Below, piece after piece: positions 44,439-58,782 of a stretch of DNA of 64,000 bases. A program made the translations under genes and the position numbers. Numbering within the stretch: position 1 is the first letter of the stretch; the number at the start of each line of letters is the position of its first letter. Below the pieces are notes generated by a model. That model was not told the origin of the DNA. It did not search any database and saw only the letters and a list, made by a program, of their open reading frames with translations. Source of the DNA: the human T2T-CHM13v2.0 reference genome, Homo sapiens; assembly GCF_009914755.1 (NCBI RefSeq), contig NC_060935.1. One strand, given 5' to 3'.

Positions 44439-45509
44439 CCGGAAGGGCCAATATAAAGGGAAGCCTCACACTTTCATGGGTTTCCCACCAGAAACAGCCT
44501 ACCCCTCATCCTTTACTCCACTTGAAGATTGGAAGACAAATCCCCTTCTGTGTTTGGGTAGAATTCAGGTAGGGGGCTGAGGGCAGAGCAATAATATTTA
44601 CAAAGATGTATACCCAGGTTACATAAATGTATAATTACCAAGCATTCTCTTTTCTACACTCTATAAGATATAAGCAGTTATAGACTTTTTTGTATGTCTT
44701 GAAAGAATTAAGAAGAATTAGGACTTCTTTGAAGGAGGAATTATTTACTTATTCAAACCATTGAATATTTCTCTTGAATTTATACTTTTCATGTCCATTC
44801 TAATTTTTAGTCTCAGATCAGTTCTTGATCATGAATCATTTGGCCTGGTGCCGGCACCTCCATCTGACCTTCCCTCCTTTCTCCTGGGCTCTTACTTCAC
44901 TCCAGTCACTTTATCCATATTGCTGGCTGTCTACTGTCTAAATCACAATCTGTAACACATAATTCCTCAATCTGGAAACCATCAGCAGCTCCTCAGCAAC
45001 TATCAGATCAAGTCTGGCAAAAAGCCATGCTTCTAGCCTGCAATTTTCCAATTTCAATCCCAATTACCCTCTTCCTCATTCATACCAGACCATAAGTCCA
45101 TGCCTTTCATGCTTAGGGACCTCAAGTCATTTTGTTCTCTTTGCTTGGAATATACAAAACACAGTGAATCAATGTTAAAAAACATCCTCTTGCAAAGCAA
45201 CTTCAGTAGAAATCCATATTCATAGGGAATGCTCCCCCTCAATCACAAAATTTAATTGCCCAGGAACTATTACCATGCTATTGTGACAACCTGAGCATAA
45301 CTCTCCATGAATTTTACATTATGCAGCCTGCATTTCCTTATGATGTTTATGAACTAAATCATATGGTCTTAAAGTTGAATTCTTATTTTATGAGCATTCC
45401 CACTATTTCTCTTCGTTGTTCAAATATCTTTAAAGTGTTGTCTGACTGCTTGGGTATTTTCAGAAGAGCACAGAAAATACATTTTTATTATTTTCAAAAC
45501 TCAATAATA

Positions 45510-45760
45510 ATAACTAGTTATTAATTAAAATAATCTTTTGCCAGGAACTTACAAAGCAAAAAGTACTATTCTAATCACTTTTCATGAATGAACCCATTTA
45601 ATACTCATAATAACTCATGAAGTATGTTCTATTACTATCTTAGTTTTATAAATGAGATCACAAAAGCATGAAGAAAAAGTATCTTGCTGAACGTTACAAA
45701 ACCAACTAAGTGTTGAAGCTTAAATTCCAATTCAAATACAAGATATCTGGCTCCAAATTC
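45510..45760 (-). mobile_element. MIR SINE
   Basis: ccatttaatactcataataactcatgaagtatgttctattactatcttagttttataaatgag. Confidence 0.7.
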
Positions 45761-46929
45761 TGTGAATGATGAACTAATCCTCAAATATGTCCCTTTTGTC
45801 TATATTAGGAATAAAGTCAATGACCTTTTTTTGATAGAGAAATGTTTGTTTTTAATGTTCTCTTTTTTAAAAGAGCTATATCATGTATTAGTTATATATT
45901 TTGGGGAGATTTTAAAATTACGATGTAAAAATATAATGATATACCATTAAGTTTGTACAGCTACTGTTAGATAAAAATAGCCATAGTCTTTAGGTAGTAA
46001 ATTATCCTCCTTTTCCAACGTAAAATAGTGCAGTTTCATTTAAATATGTGTATCCCTTTCAGTATCTAGTAGAGTGCTCACTAAAAGTTTCCAATAGTTT
46101 TTGTTGAAATATAAGTATTATATTTTACAAAATCTTTACACTGATGAAGCATTGCCTTCACATAACTATCCAGGATCATTGAAAAAATTATTTAATAATG
46201 TCTATATTCTAACCACTGTTTTAATTTATTTTTTCTTATTTGTGGAGAGTACACTCTGATTCAAAACAACCAGTATACCCCTTCCTCATTCACTTTTATT
46301 TTTGTTATTTCAATATAAATCAATTAGAACACCGAGACAGACTCATTAAATAGCATTTTATTTGTCCCTAAGCATAAAAAGATATTTTGAGATTTTCACA
46401 ATTTTTTATAAAAGGCATTAGTAAATAAATTCTGAGTCAATTGACCAATTTTAGTCAAACTAGCTCTTCATGCCTGATAGTAATCAACCCACCTGATGTG
46501 CAGTATTATATACTTGCAAATCTTGAATATCTACTTAACTATTGAAAAACAAATCAAAATCTCTATTTTAGGATATTAATTATAATACTTCATACTCTGT
46601 TAGTACCTTTCATCTAAAGACTTCAAAAAGCCACAGAAGTGTTAATTAAACTTTTGTGGGATTTTATTTCCTTTTAGATATGTGTGGAAAGGGGCCACAA
46701 TATCATTATATATTACTAGACATTAGAATCACCCAATGATTTTAAAGAAAGTTCTCCCACTGTATATTACTATTTTCTCTTGTTCTTTGCTTCGAGTACA
46801 TATGAGAAACTCATTACTAACCAAATCCATTATGCTTTAAAAAGTCTCAACATATTAGATTCCAATATTTAAAAATTCAAAAGGAAGAACTATATCTGTA
46901 TGGGGTGGGAAGAATCATGTTAGTAATAG

Positions 46930-47344
<415 letters not shown>

Positions 47345-47609
47345 TAAGAACATTTCAATTTATCCCATGTTTTTATTAATTTACTCAGATGTATTTAAAA
47401 CAATATTTATTGCAAGGGATATTGTGTTTTTCATACTAGACCATTAATTACTCACCGTTCAATGTGGACAATGCATACACATTCCCATACCAGATCTTGT
47501 CTAATATAAATTGTTCTTCCAACTGTCTGGAGTCACATAATTAAGACCAACGATCCTGGAGTTAAGTCTCTTCTCTTCAACTTACTAGTGATTTTTCTTC
47601 AACTTTTGA

Positions 47610-48065
<456 letters not shown>

Positions 48066-49117
48066 TGGAGACCTACTTCTCAGAAAAAAAGAGCCCTTTC
48101 ACAGTATTAATGCTTATTGACCCTGTACCTCATTGCCTAAAAGCTCTGATGAAGATGCACAAGGAGATTAATGTCCTTTTCCTGGCTGCTGACACAACAT
48201 CTGTTTTGCATTCTGAATCAAATAGTAATTTTCATCTTCAAGTCTTACTATTTAAGAATGTATTTCATAATTCTATAGCCATCATAAATAATGATTCCAG
48301 TGATGAATCCAGGCAAAGTGTAATTAACACTTCTGGAAAGGATGCATCATTCTAGATGTGATTAAGAACATTCATGGGTCATGGGAGAAGGTGAAAATAT
48401 TAATGATAACAGGTTTTGGAAGAAATTGATTCTAATATTCATGAGTAACTTTGAGGGGTTCAGGACTTCAGTGGAGGGAGTAAATGCATATGTGTTAGAA
48501 ACAGTAAGAAGAATAGAATGAGAAGTGGAACCTGAAGACATGACTGAATCGCTGCACTCCAGATAAAACTTGAACAGACAAGGCATTGAATTTTATGGGT
48601 GAGCAAAGAAAATGGTCTCTTGAAATGGAATCTCCTTCTGGTGACAATGCCGTGAACATTGTTGAAATAACAACAAACAGTTTAGAATATTACATAAATA
48701 TTCTAGTTTATGAAACACTGGCAGGATTTGAGAGGATTGACTCCAATTTTTAAAGTTCTACTGTGGATAAAACGCTACCAAACATCATTACATGCTACAA
48801 ATAAATTTTTCATGAAAGGAGGAATCAATGCAGAGTCAATTCACTGTTGTCTTATTTTAAGAAATTGCCACAGCCACCCTAATCTTAAGCAACCACCACT
48901 CTGATCAGTTTGTAGCTAGCAACATTGAGGCAAAATCCTCCACTAGCAAAAAAGTTATTGCTGACTGAAGGCTCAGCTGATCATTAGCATTTCCTAGCAA
49001 TAAAGTCTTTTAAAATTAGGGTATATACATTTTTAGACAAAATGCTATCACACACGTAACATACTACAGTATAGTGTAAGTGTATCGTTTATATGCATTG
49101 TGAAAGCAAAAGAATAG

Positions 49118-49510
49118 TGATATGGTTTTGATAACTGATACGGGTTTTGCTCTGTTTTCCCACCCAAATCTCACCTCCAATTGTAATCTCCATAATCCAC
49201 ATGTGTCAAGGGTGGGACCAGGTGGAGGTAATTGGATCAAGGGGATGTTTTCCTCCATGCTGTTCTCGCGATAGTGAGTGAGTTCTCATGAGATCTGATG
49301 GTTTTATAAGCATTGCGCATTTTCCCTGCTTTCACTCATTTCGTCCTGCCACCTTGTCGAGAACTGCTTGCTTCTCCTTTGCCTTCTGCCATGACTGTAA
49401 GTTTCCTGACTCCTCCTCAGTAATGTGAAACTGTGAGTCACGACTCTTTCCTTTATAAATTACGCAGTCTCCGGTTTTTCTTCATAGCAGTGTGAGAATG
49501 GACTAATACT
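49118..49510 (+). mobile_element. THE1 (D-like) LTR inside Tigger1
   Basis: cacccaaatctcacc...gagatctgatggttttataag...gagaatggactaatac. Confidence 0.88.
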
Positions 49511-52500
49511 CTCAGTTTATTGCAAAGTTAGCTTTATTGTGGTGATTTTAACCAAACCCACAATTTATGCTTGTATGTATGTATTTGGTATGTAAAGCCA
49601 AGTGGGTAAAGATAGAATATTTATAAACTATTTTAGTGAAATGGGTGCTTTATTATATGGTAAGGCCAAAATATGCCTTGCACTGTGCTCTTCCTCCAAT
49701 GCTTCGGTCTGTAACCACTTGCACTCCTTTTGTCACTCGTTGCGGTTCTCCTCCAGTGATATCTTACAATATGTTTAAAGATTATAGTCGATCCTCATGA
49801 AAATTGGATCTAGACCATTATATCCGCTAAGAAGTGCTGTAACTTCTTAGAATGAGAATGTTAACTACTCCTAAAAATTTATTTTTTTTGGCTTTAGATT
49901 ATAAGAAATCTGAAAATGTAGGCTATATAAATCATTGTACAGGTATTCCCTTTAGCTCTTACCAAGATGGTTAATAATATTTATCATATAGTACTACATA
50001 TATGTAAATTCAGAAGGAATGCATATCTCAAAAAATTAATAATTTGTTTGCAGATATGAGGAAAATGGGAGGGTAGCTTGCCTGGAGTAACCTGGTTAGT
50101 TAATGGAGAATCAGTATGGGGACCCTCATGTACTATTTTCTAGTCTAAACACTTATTATTGGCTTCACCAAATGGCCTCATATTTATTGTATTGATTCAG
50201 AATCTTATTTTCCTTTCGTGACTTCTGTTTCTATCCATTTTCTTCCAATATCTGAAGCTTTCTGAACAGCCAAGTTGTACTAAAGCACCATTTTGAGTGA
50301 ATGAATTTGTTTCATATGTGAAACAAATGGTGGCCATATCACAGATAAATTGTCCCAAAATGTATTTGTTTATAAGCAACCTAGAACTTAATTGCAATAT
50401 TTTTACCCTTGAGAATATTATGGGGAATAAATGTTTAATTTCAGCTTTTAGCCTCATCTCTCTTAATTAAATGAATAAAGGGCCTAGACATTGTTCTATC
50501 ATGGGTCTTTCTAGTTGACAGAGTTTCTGTTCCCCAATTATTCATTTGTTTTCATTTTGCTGTGTTTTTTAAGAGTTTTACAGAACACAAAAGGCTTAAT
50601 TTAATGAGCCTGTTTTGCAATATAGTACCAAAATAACATAGACAGTGGGCTTACATACAAACTCAAACAGGACTTGAAATGAATCGCTTCAAAACCTAAA
50701 CCCTCTATTGTCTTTACTTACTTTTTTCTTCTTTTTTAAATACCAGACAATTAAGTCACTGTAAAAAAAAAAAAAACAAACAGAAACACAAGAAATGATG
50801 TAGCTCATTTAAAGGTGTTTTTGTTGTTGTAGTTGTTGTTTTTAAATAAGATGCTATTTTCAGTTACAGGCCTCCTTGGTACATGCCCTTCTTAGTACAA
50901 ATTTAATTCAACATGTAATTTCCAAATGGAATGTTTACAGTGAAAACAAAAAAATGTGCATGTACAATCATAAAACATTTCCAAATGGTAGGTTACATGG
51001 TCTGTTCTGATGATCTGATAGTTGTGTTTTAGTCAACATATTGATAACAGAAATTGCAAAATTTAAAAAAAAACATATATTGTTGTTTCCACTGTTATAG
51101 GACTCAAAATGTAATGTTAAAATATAGAAATTTTGAAGAGGAGAAAGGCTGGGAAAAGAAGTGAAATGGGTCAAAGAAAATTTAAGCATCTACTATGGGC
51201 AATATATTTTGTTAGAATTTTTTGTATATTTTTATCTACTTTCAACATCTTAAAATGGGAACTGGTATATCTGCTGTACAGAAAAAATATCAGAGCATCA
51301 GTGAAATAAAGTAACTTTGCCATGTTGATGTAGTTAAAAAGTGGTAAAGGAATTTGAACCTCCAGTGGGCTGACTTTTCAATCTTTTCACTATGTTATGT
51401 TCTCCGAAGAAATGGTTTATAAACTAACACACATTTGTTTTGTACCTACTCTGTATTTCTCAGATGTGTTACATACACATCATTATCTTCATTTTCACCA
51501 AGAAGAAAGAGACTAAGAAATGTTGTTCGTGTTCTCAAGAACCAACCTCCAAATAGTTTGTGATAATGATTTCAACAGTCTAAAAATACAGAAAAATAAC
51601 CTGTAAGAATGAGAAAACAAGGACAAAATAGAGACTTTTTCAATTTATATTTCTTTATTTAAAAAATGCTCATTTATTTTGATATTGTAACTTTTTGTGT
51701 TTTGGGTGTTAGAATGTAAAAGTTAGTAGTTGGATTTGTTTTTTATTTGTTTTAATGTCCAATTTTACCATTGGCAATCTCAGTTTTTGTTATTAGTATT
51801 TAATTTTACTATCCTTTATAATACAGAGTTTAAAAACCTGTATGTTTATTAAGTTAAACTAATTTTTACAGCTAGTGTTTGGTAAACTTGGGACTGAATT
51901 CTAGATCAAAGCCTTTTCTTTCCCTACTACAATGAAGTTTTGCTGATCATTTGGCAAGACACCAGTATAGCAATCATTTCCATCATGGATTGTAGGTTCT
52001 TTCTCATGCAAAGAGGTAAGTAATTAGAAAGATTTACTTATCTATATAGTTTTGGTGTTATCATGCATGCTTTTGTTGCTAAATTATCACATTTTGGCAG
52101 ATGGCAGATTGTCTTCAAAAAGAATAGAAATAAACTGATTATTCTGGGGTATTGGTGGATATTTGCATGTAAGAGAGAGGATGTGTAATCATTTTAATAA
52201 AGATGCATTTGTGGCTCATTCCATTTCATAATTTACAGACCCAGCTGTGCTCCTCCCTAGGTCTTCTGTATAATTAAATGGGAAAGCTGCATACGGAAGC
52301 AGCTGAAATTATATATGGTTTTCTGGTCAAACTGCATAATAAACTGCAAAACTGCAAAATAAAAATTAAAACTAAAATAACATTCATTGTAATAAGATTT
52401 GAATTTCCTTTTTTTTCTAATCAGGATAAATTTTTAACTCATCAAGACAATATAAATGTTTTGAAGACCTGTGCCTAGCCTTTCATAGTACTCTTTTGTT

Positions 52501-52939
52501 CAGTTCTCAAACTTCACACTTTTGCTTTTTGCTTCCTTTAATATAAAAAGTAGTCCCTCTATCAATCATGCACTATATCTAAATACATCTATATCTGTTA
52601 TTTCCAAGTTACAATATATTGCTTAATCTAATGTGTGAAAGAAGGAACATAAGATGAAATTTTCATTTGTTCAGCAAAGACACTCTTTGCTTCAAATTGA
52701 AGCAGAATGTAAAGCCTATGTTTTCAAGAACTATACTGGTTTAAATATAATAATTATGAATAAGTATATAAGCCACCTCTACACAAATACTCAGGGTTCT
52801 TATATATGGCAGTGTCTCTTTATAAAGTGATAAAACATTCATGTTTGTATCAAGATTGATTGATATGTGTTAGTTTTAAAACAACTTGATTTTTTAAATG
52901 AATTATTTTTAAATGTGAGTGGGAGAGAGGAAGATAGTA

Positions 52940-53295
52940 ACTTAGTTTCTGCTTCTGCCGCTATTACAAGATACCATAGACTAGATAGACTAGGTAGCTT
53001 AAATAATAAATGAACTATTATTTTTAATCAATCTAGAGGCTAGGGAATCCAAGATCTAGACCCAGGTAAATCTGTTGTTTGGTGAGAGCACTCTTGCTGG
53101 TTTGCAGACAGCTGTCTGCAATGTATTCTTACATATTAGAGAGAGGATGCAAGCTTTTACTAGGACACAGGTACCATCATGAAAATCTACCCACATTACC
53201 TAATTACCTCCCAAAGACACCACCTCCTAATACCACCCCATTGGGTGTTGTTGAGGTTTCAACATATAAATTTTGGAGAAACACAAACATACAAC

Positions 53296-53300
<5 letters not shown>
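52940..53300 (-). mobile_element. MLT1A/MSTD-like MaLR LTR followed by (GA)n to 53346
   Basis: gaggctagggaatccaagatc, ctggtttgcagacagctg, cctaattacctcccaaag, tttcaacatataaattttgg. Confidence 0.8.
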
Positions 53301-53345
<45 letters not shown>

Positions 53346-53353
53346 AAAGTGCC

Positions 53354-53578
53354 TTTTGTTTTGTTTTGTTTTGACAGTCTTGCTCTGTTGCCCAGGCTGT
53401 ATTGTAGTGCAGTGGCACAATCTCTGCTCACTGCGACCTCTGCCTCCCCAGTTCAAGTGATTCTTCTGCCTCAGCCTCCCATATAGCTAGGATTAGAGGA
53501 ACCAGCCACCACGCCAGGCTAATTTTTGTATTTTGAGTAGAGACGGGGTTTGGCCATGTTGGCCAGGCTGGTCCTGAA
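53354..53578 (-). mobile_element. 5'-truncated AluS
   Basis: Right arm plus part of the left arm, ending at ggctggtcctgaa. Confidence 0.85.
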
Positions 53579-54371
53579 GATGCTTTTATTATTATTTTTT
53601 TAAATAGAAAAAAGCTGTTTGATACATTTCATTTGTTCCTCTTTTTATCTCTCTCCGCACCCTCTTCCAGTCTCCCATCTTCCTCCTTCTCCTGCCTCTC
53701 TCCCATTTTTATATTCCAAAGCATATCCATTAAGAAGAGTTTATTGTCCTTGACTGGTAGGTCTGCGAAGAATCACGAGAGACGCACTTCTAACAGGCAT
53801 TCCCAAAACAAGGACTTTCTATGTTCTTTGATCAGTGCACATCTAGTTCAATTCCCTTAGATCCCCCTCAGCAGCATCCAAAGACCAGGGCTTTGTTTTA
53901 CAGTATTTGGAAACCTAATCTCCAGTGCCACAGAGATCTTCAATATTAGAAAGATCACAATTTTTAGAGGAAGGCAGACTTGAGTTGGAGCTTGCCAGTA
54001 ATAAATCCATGGCCTTGAGAAAGTTCCTTATGTAGTCATCATTTCATTTTCTTAAAAATAGCTTTTTACTGGGGTTAAACCGCAGAGAGGATGCAGTGTA
54101 ACCTATTTCAGCATATGCCCTAAAGAGACATCTAACAGAAAAACAACAGCAAATCACCACCTCCCTTTGTCTTTCTATAAGTCAGTTCATTTGAAACCTG
54201 TAAGCAATATTATTTACACTATAAGATAGTGATGACGTTAAAATGAGATTTTTCACGAAAATGAAATAAACATCTCTAGCATGTAGTACGCACTTAGTAA
54301 ATATTAACCAATATAAATACACTATTATGTTGAAAGCCAATAAGCAAAAATATTTGGGCAGATCAGACCAG

Positions 54372-54531
54372 TATATACATACATACATATATATATACAC
54401 ACATACACACACACACACATCATATATATACATATACACATTTATTATATAATGTTTTATATATATAATGTGGTATATATATGTGTGTACATATTATATA
54501 TAAAAAATCATATATATAATATATATACATA
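54372..54531. repeat. (TA)n/(CA)n low-complexity tract
   Basis: Seen directly. Confidence 0.85.
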
Positions 54532-54535
54532 TTGA

Positions 54536-54820
54536 GGGCAGGCACAGTGACTCATACCTGTAACCCTAGCCCTTTGGGAGGTTGAGCTGGGAGAACCAGT
54601 TAAGGCCAGGCATTCAAGACCAGCCTGGGCAACATAGTGAGACCCCATCTTTAAAAAAAACAAATCAGCTTGGCTTGGTGGTATGAGCCTGTACTCCTAG
54701 CTAATCAGCAGGCTGAAACAGAAGGACCGCTTGAGCCCAGGAAGTTGAGGCTGCAGTGAGCTGTGATTGTGGCTTTGCACTCCAGTCTAGGCCAGAGATT
54801 TGTCTCTGAAAAATAATAAT
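54536..54820 (+). mobile_element. AluJo-like
   Basis: gcctgggcaacatagtgagacccc; cttgagcccaggaagttgaggctgcagtgagctgtgat. Confidence 0.9.
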
Positions 54821-56370
54821 AATCTCTGAAAAATAACAAGAATTATATGTATTTTAAGATACCTTTTAAAAGATACAAATACCATCAATTATTACTTAAT
54901 ATACACATTTTAATTGTCATTTTGCTTGCTTGTCAGTTCTAATTCAACTCTCTTATCTTGACAGATGACTGAAGATAAGTTCATAAAAGTAATGATAAAA
55001 CATGTTAGCAATGTAATTTAGTTATTGTGCTTCCATTACAAATATTACCTGCAATTATTGATTACAGAAAATCAGAGTAACATTTTAAGACACATTTATA
55101 TTTTGTTCTTTGGTTAATCTAGATAAGATTCATCATAATTATTTTGATAGGGAATACGCATATTTCAAAGGGTTTCAAACTATGAATAATAATTGTGATC
55201 TCTCACATGACCATCCTTGAAACATGACATGTCTTGCTGAAAAAGAGAATAAGCATCAATTGATATGCTAATTATCAGCAAGCTTAATTTATTATTCTTT
55301 TCTATAAGTAAGCATTTATAGCAACTTGGATATATTCTTTATCTGTGTATAATAGCTTGCTTTACATATCCCCTATGAAACATCACCTAAGTTGGATACC
55401 CCTGGTTTGGGGGATAAAATGGAGTAAAGATTTAGCAAAAGAGGGAGCTATTAAAAATAAAATATTATTAGAAGAGTTTTCTTAATAAGAAATAGGACAT
55501 AATTGTCCCAAACAATCATAGTAGGTATCTGGGAGGCAAACAAGTGAAGGGAATAGTTGGAAAAGCACCTATTCATAAAAAACTGCTAAAGATGAAGATT
55601 TAAAAAATGCAAGAATTTATATTCTCTATTCTTTGTTTATAATAGACTTTTTATTAGTTTGGTATTGTAATAGATTACTCATTTGTATTTTACATTCTAG
55701 TCATATGATTAAAGTTTATAAGTAATTTTGTACAAGTAAATTTAACTTTAACACCATGTTAAAATTTCAGAAGCCAGAAAAGAGGGAGATGCAGTCTTAT
55801 ATTTAACAACTTAAACATTTTAAATCGCATGTAGTTACAGATTGAGATAAAACAAAGCATTTCTCTTGGCAGTAGAATCCCTTTGTTCTGTGTATGTGGA
55901 ACATAAGTTCAAGACTGCAGGGACTATGTTTTGTACAACTATGTATATTATAAAACTTATAGCACAATATATTGCACATACTATTAACTTAAAACATTTC
56001 TGTTGTGGCTTTTTATAAGAACGCAATTTCAAACAATGCACACATATTAAATTTTCTAAATAATGTGTTTCATTATTCAAAGTATTAGTACTGTCTAGCA
56101 TTTTCTAAGTCAGCTTGATTAATAAACCAAATGCCATAGGAAGCAAATGATTATCTGGGGGAAATTTTTAAATGATATAGAAATCTTAACTTTTTAACCA
56201 AATGTAAAATGGATGTGAGAACAATCAGCTCAGAAGCAAAGTTCAGCATCATCATTATCACCATGAACTAAAAGCTTTCTAGACAATAAAATTAATATTA
56301 CTTTGTGATGAATCCAATATGTGGAATTGAAGTTTTTCAGAGAACTCTAATTAGTGCAAGTTCTCCTGTG

Positions 56371-57927
56371 TTTTTTTTTATTATTATACTTTAAGTTTTA
56401 GGGTACATGTGCACAATGTGCAGGTTTGTTACATATGTATACATGTGCCATGTTGGTGTCCTGCACCCCTTAACTCCTCATTTAACTTTCGGTGTATCTC
56501 CTAATGCTATCCCTCCCCGCTCCCCCGACCCCACAACAGGCCCGGGTGTGTGATGTTCCCCTTCCTGTGTCCATGTGTTCTCACTGTTCAGTTCCCACCT
56601 GTGAGTGAGAACATGCAGTGTTTGGTTTTTTGTCCTTGGAATAGTTTGCTGAGAATGACGGTTTCCAGCTTCATTCATGTCCCTACGAAGGACATGAACT
56701 CATCTTTTTTATGGCTGCATAGTATTCCATGGTGTATATGTGCTACATTTTTTTTTTTCAATAGCCCAGCCTGCTGAGCTGCCACTGATAAGACCTCCCC
56801 TCCCCTTTCCTTGGTCTGGCATCTTGTTCAGATAATACAGCAAAAGCTCTATTACTCTCTGGGGATCAACTTGAGTGTCATCTTGGTGGCTCACAGCCAG
56901 CATTCTGGCTTGCGGACAGACAGGGGTCCTTTATATGTGCCACATTTTCTTAATCCAGTCTATCATTGTTGGACATTTGGCTTGGTTCCAAGTCTTTGGT
57001 AAATGTGAATAGTGCCGCAATAAACACACATGTGCATGTGTCTTTATAGCAGCATGTTTTATAATCCTTTGGGTACATACCCAGTAATGGGATGGCTGGA
57101 TCAAATGGTATTTCTAGTTCTAGATCCCTGAGGAATCACCACGCTGACTTCCACAATGGTTGAACTAGTTTACAGTCCCACCAGCAATGTAAAAGTGTTC
57201 CTATTTATCCACATCCTCTCCAGCACCTGTTGTTTCCTGACTTTTTAATGATTGCCATTCTAACTGGTGTGAGATGGTATCTCATTGTGGTTTTGATTTG
57301 CATTTATCTGATAGCCAGTGATGATGAGCATTTTTTCATGTGTCTTTTGGCTGCATAAATGTCTTCTTTTGAGAAGTGTTTGTTCATATCCTTCACCCAC
57401 TCTTTGATGCGGTTGTTTTTTCTTGTAAATTTATTTGAGTTCATTGTAGATTCTGGATATTAGCCCTTTGTCAGATGAGTAGATTGCAAAAATTTTCTCC
57501 CATTCTGTAGGTTACCTGTTCACTCTGATGGTAGTTTGTTTTGCTGTGCAGAAGCTCTTTAGTTTAATTAGATCCAATTTGTCAATTTTGGCTTTTGTTG
57601 CCATTGCTTTTGGTGTTTTAGTCAAGAAGTCCTTGCCCATGCCTATGTCCTGAATGGTATTGCCTAGGTTTTCTTCTAGAGTTTTTATGGTTTTAGGTCT
57701 AACATTTAAGTCTTCAATCCACCTTAAATTAATTTTTGTATAAGGTATAAGGAAGGGATCCAGTTTCAGCTTTCTACATATGGCTAGCCAGTTTTCCCAG
57801 GACCCTTTATTAAATAGGGAGTCCTTTCCCCATTTATTGTTTTTGTCAGGTTTGTCAAAGATCAGGTAGTTGTAGATATGCGGCATTATTTCTGAGGGCT
57901 CTGTTCTGTTCCATTGGTCTATATCTC
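56371..57927 (-). mobile_element. 5'-truncated L1PA4-like element containing a secondary insertion
   Basis: 3' UTR plus ORF2 C-terminal part (track ORF 57512..57886 [13 protein letters not shown]...). Confidence 0.95.
56748..56931 (-). other. L1-mediated retro-insertion of unidentified RNA (173 bp plus poly(A)) with TSD
   Basis: Non-L1 sequence 56759-56931; T11 at 56748-56758; TSD tatatgtgc(t/c)acatttt starting at 56735 and 56932. Confidence 0.85.
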
Positions 57928-57928
57928 A

Positions 57929-58238
57929 GGCTGGGCACAGTAGCCCACGCCTGTAATCCCAGCACTTTGGGAGGCTGAGGCAGGCGGATCACGAGGGAGG
58001 AGATCAAGACCATCCTGGCTAACACGGTGAAACCCCCTCCCTACTAAAATTAAAAAAAAAATAATTAGCCAGGGGTGGTGGCGGGCGCCTGTAGTCCCAG
58101 CTACTTGGGAGGCTGAGGCAGGAGAATGGCGTGAACCTGGGAGGCGGAGCTTGCGTGAGCCAAGATCATGCCACTGCACTCCAGCCTGGGCAACAGAGCA
58201 AGACTCTGTCTCAAAAAAAAAAAACAAAAACAAAAAAA
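57929..58238 (+). mobile_element. AluY, head-to-head with the L1 truncation point, no TSD
   Basis: catcctggctaacacggtg and gaatggcgtgaacc diagnostics. Confidence 0.93.
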
Positions 58239-58782
58239 CTAGTTTTAAAAACTCTGTAGCCAGCCTACAGTATTATATTCTCTTTTCTGAACATACTGTT
58301 ATCAAAGAGCATGACCTACGTGGTTGGCCTGAAAGCTTTTTTGCCAAATGGCACGATTTGAGGCAGAGGCTTAGAGGATGAAAATCTATGACATGGTAAA
58401 TAAAAGTTGCAAACCCTACAGAAAATGAATATTACCCTGAAGTTGTATTTCCATAAGAGCAAGACCAGCCAAAAACTTAATGGAGAATTTCTGAAAAATG
58501 AGAGAAGTATTTAAAAGATAGATAAGTTCACCTTATATTTCTGATTACTAGGAAAATAAACTTATAATGAGATCTGAGTGTCCATATGAAAGTGAAAGTG
58601 AGGAGAAATTTGAGAAACAACTGAACACTAAGTGTGTCCCCCAACCATCCTGCAGAGGAATAGGGTAATAGTCTTATGAACTTACAGTGTTTGAGCTCAG
58701 CCTCCATGCTAATCATTCAATCTCACAGGGACAGTTAATTGGAAGAAACAAAGCTAAAATAATTAAGAACAAAAAAGAACTG

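Noticed and set aside
49827-49850. 9-bp-stem hairpin ctaagaagt-gctgta-acttcttag
   Set aside because: Stems this short arise by chance in 64 kb of AT-rich DNA, and there is no supporting context
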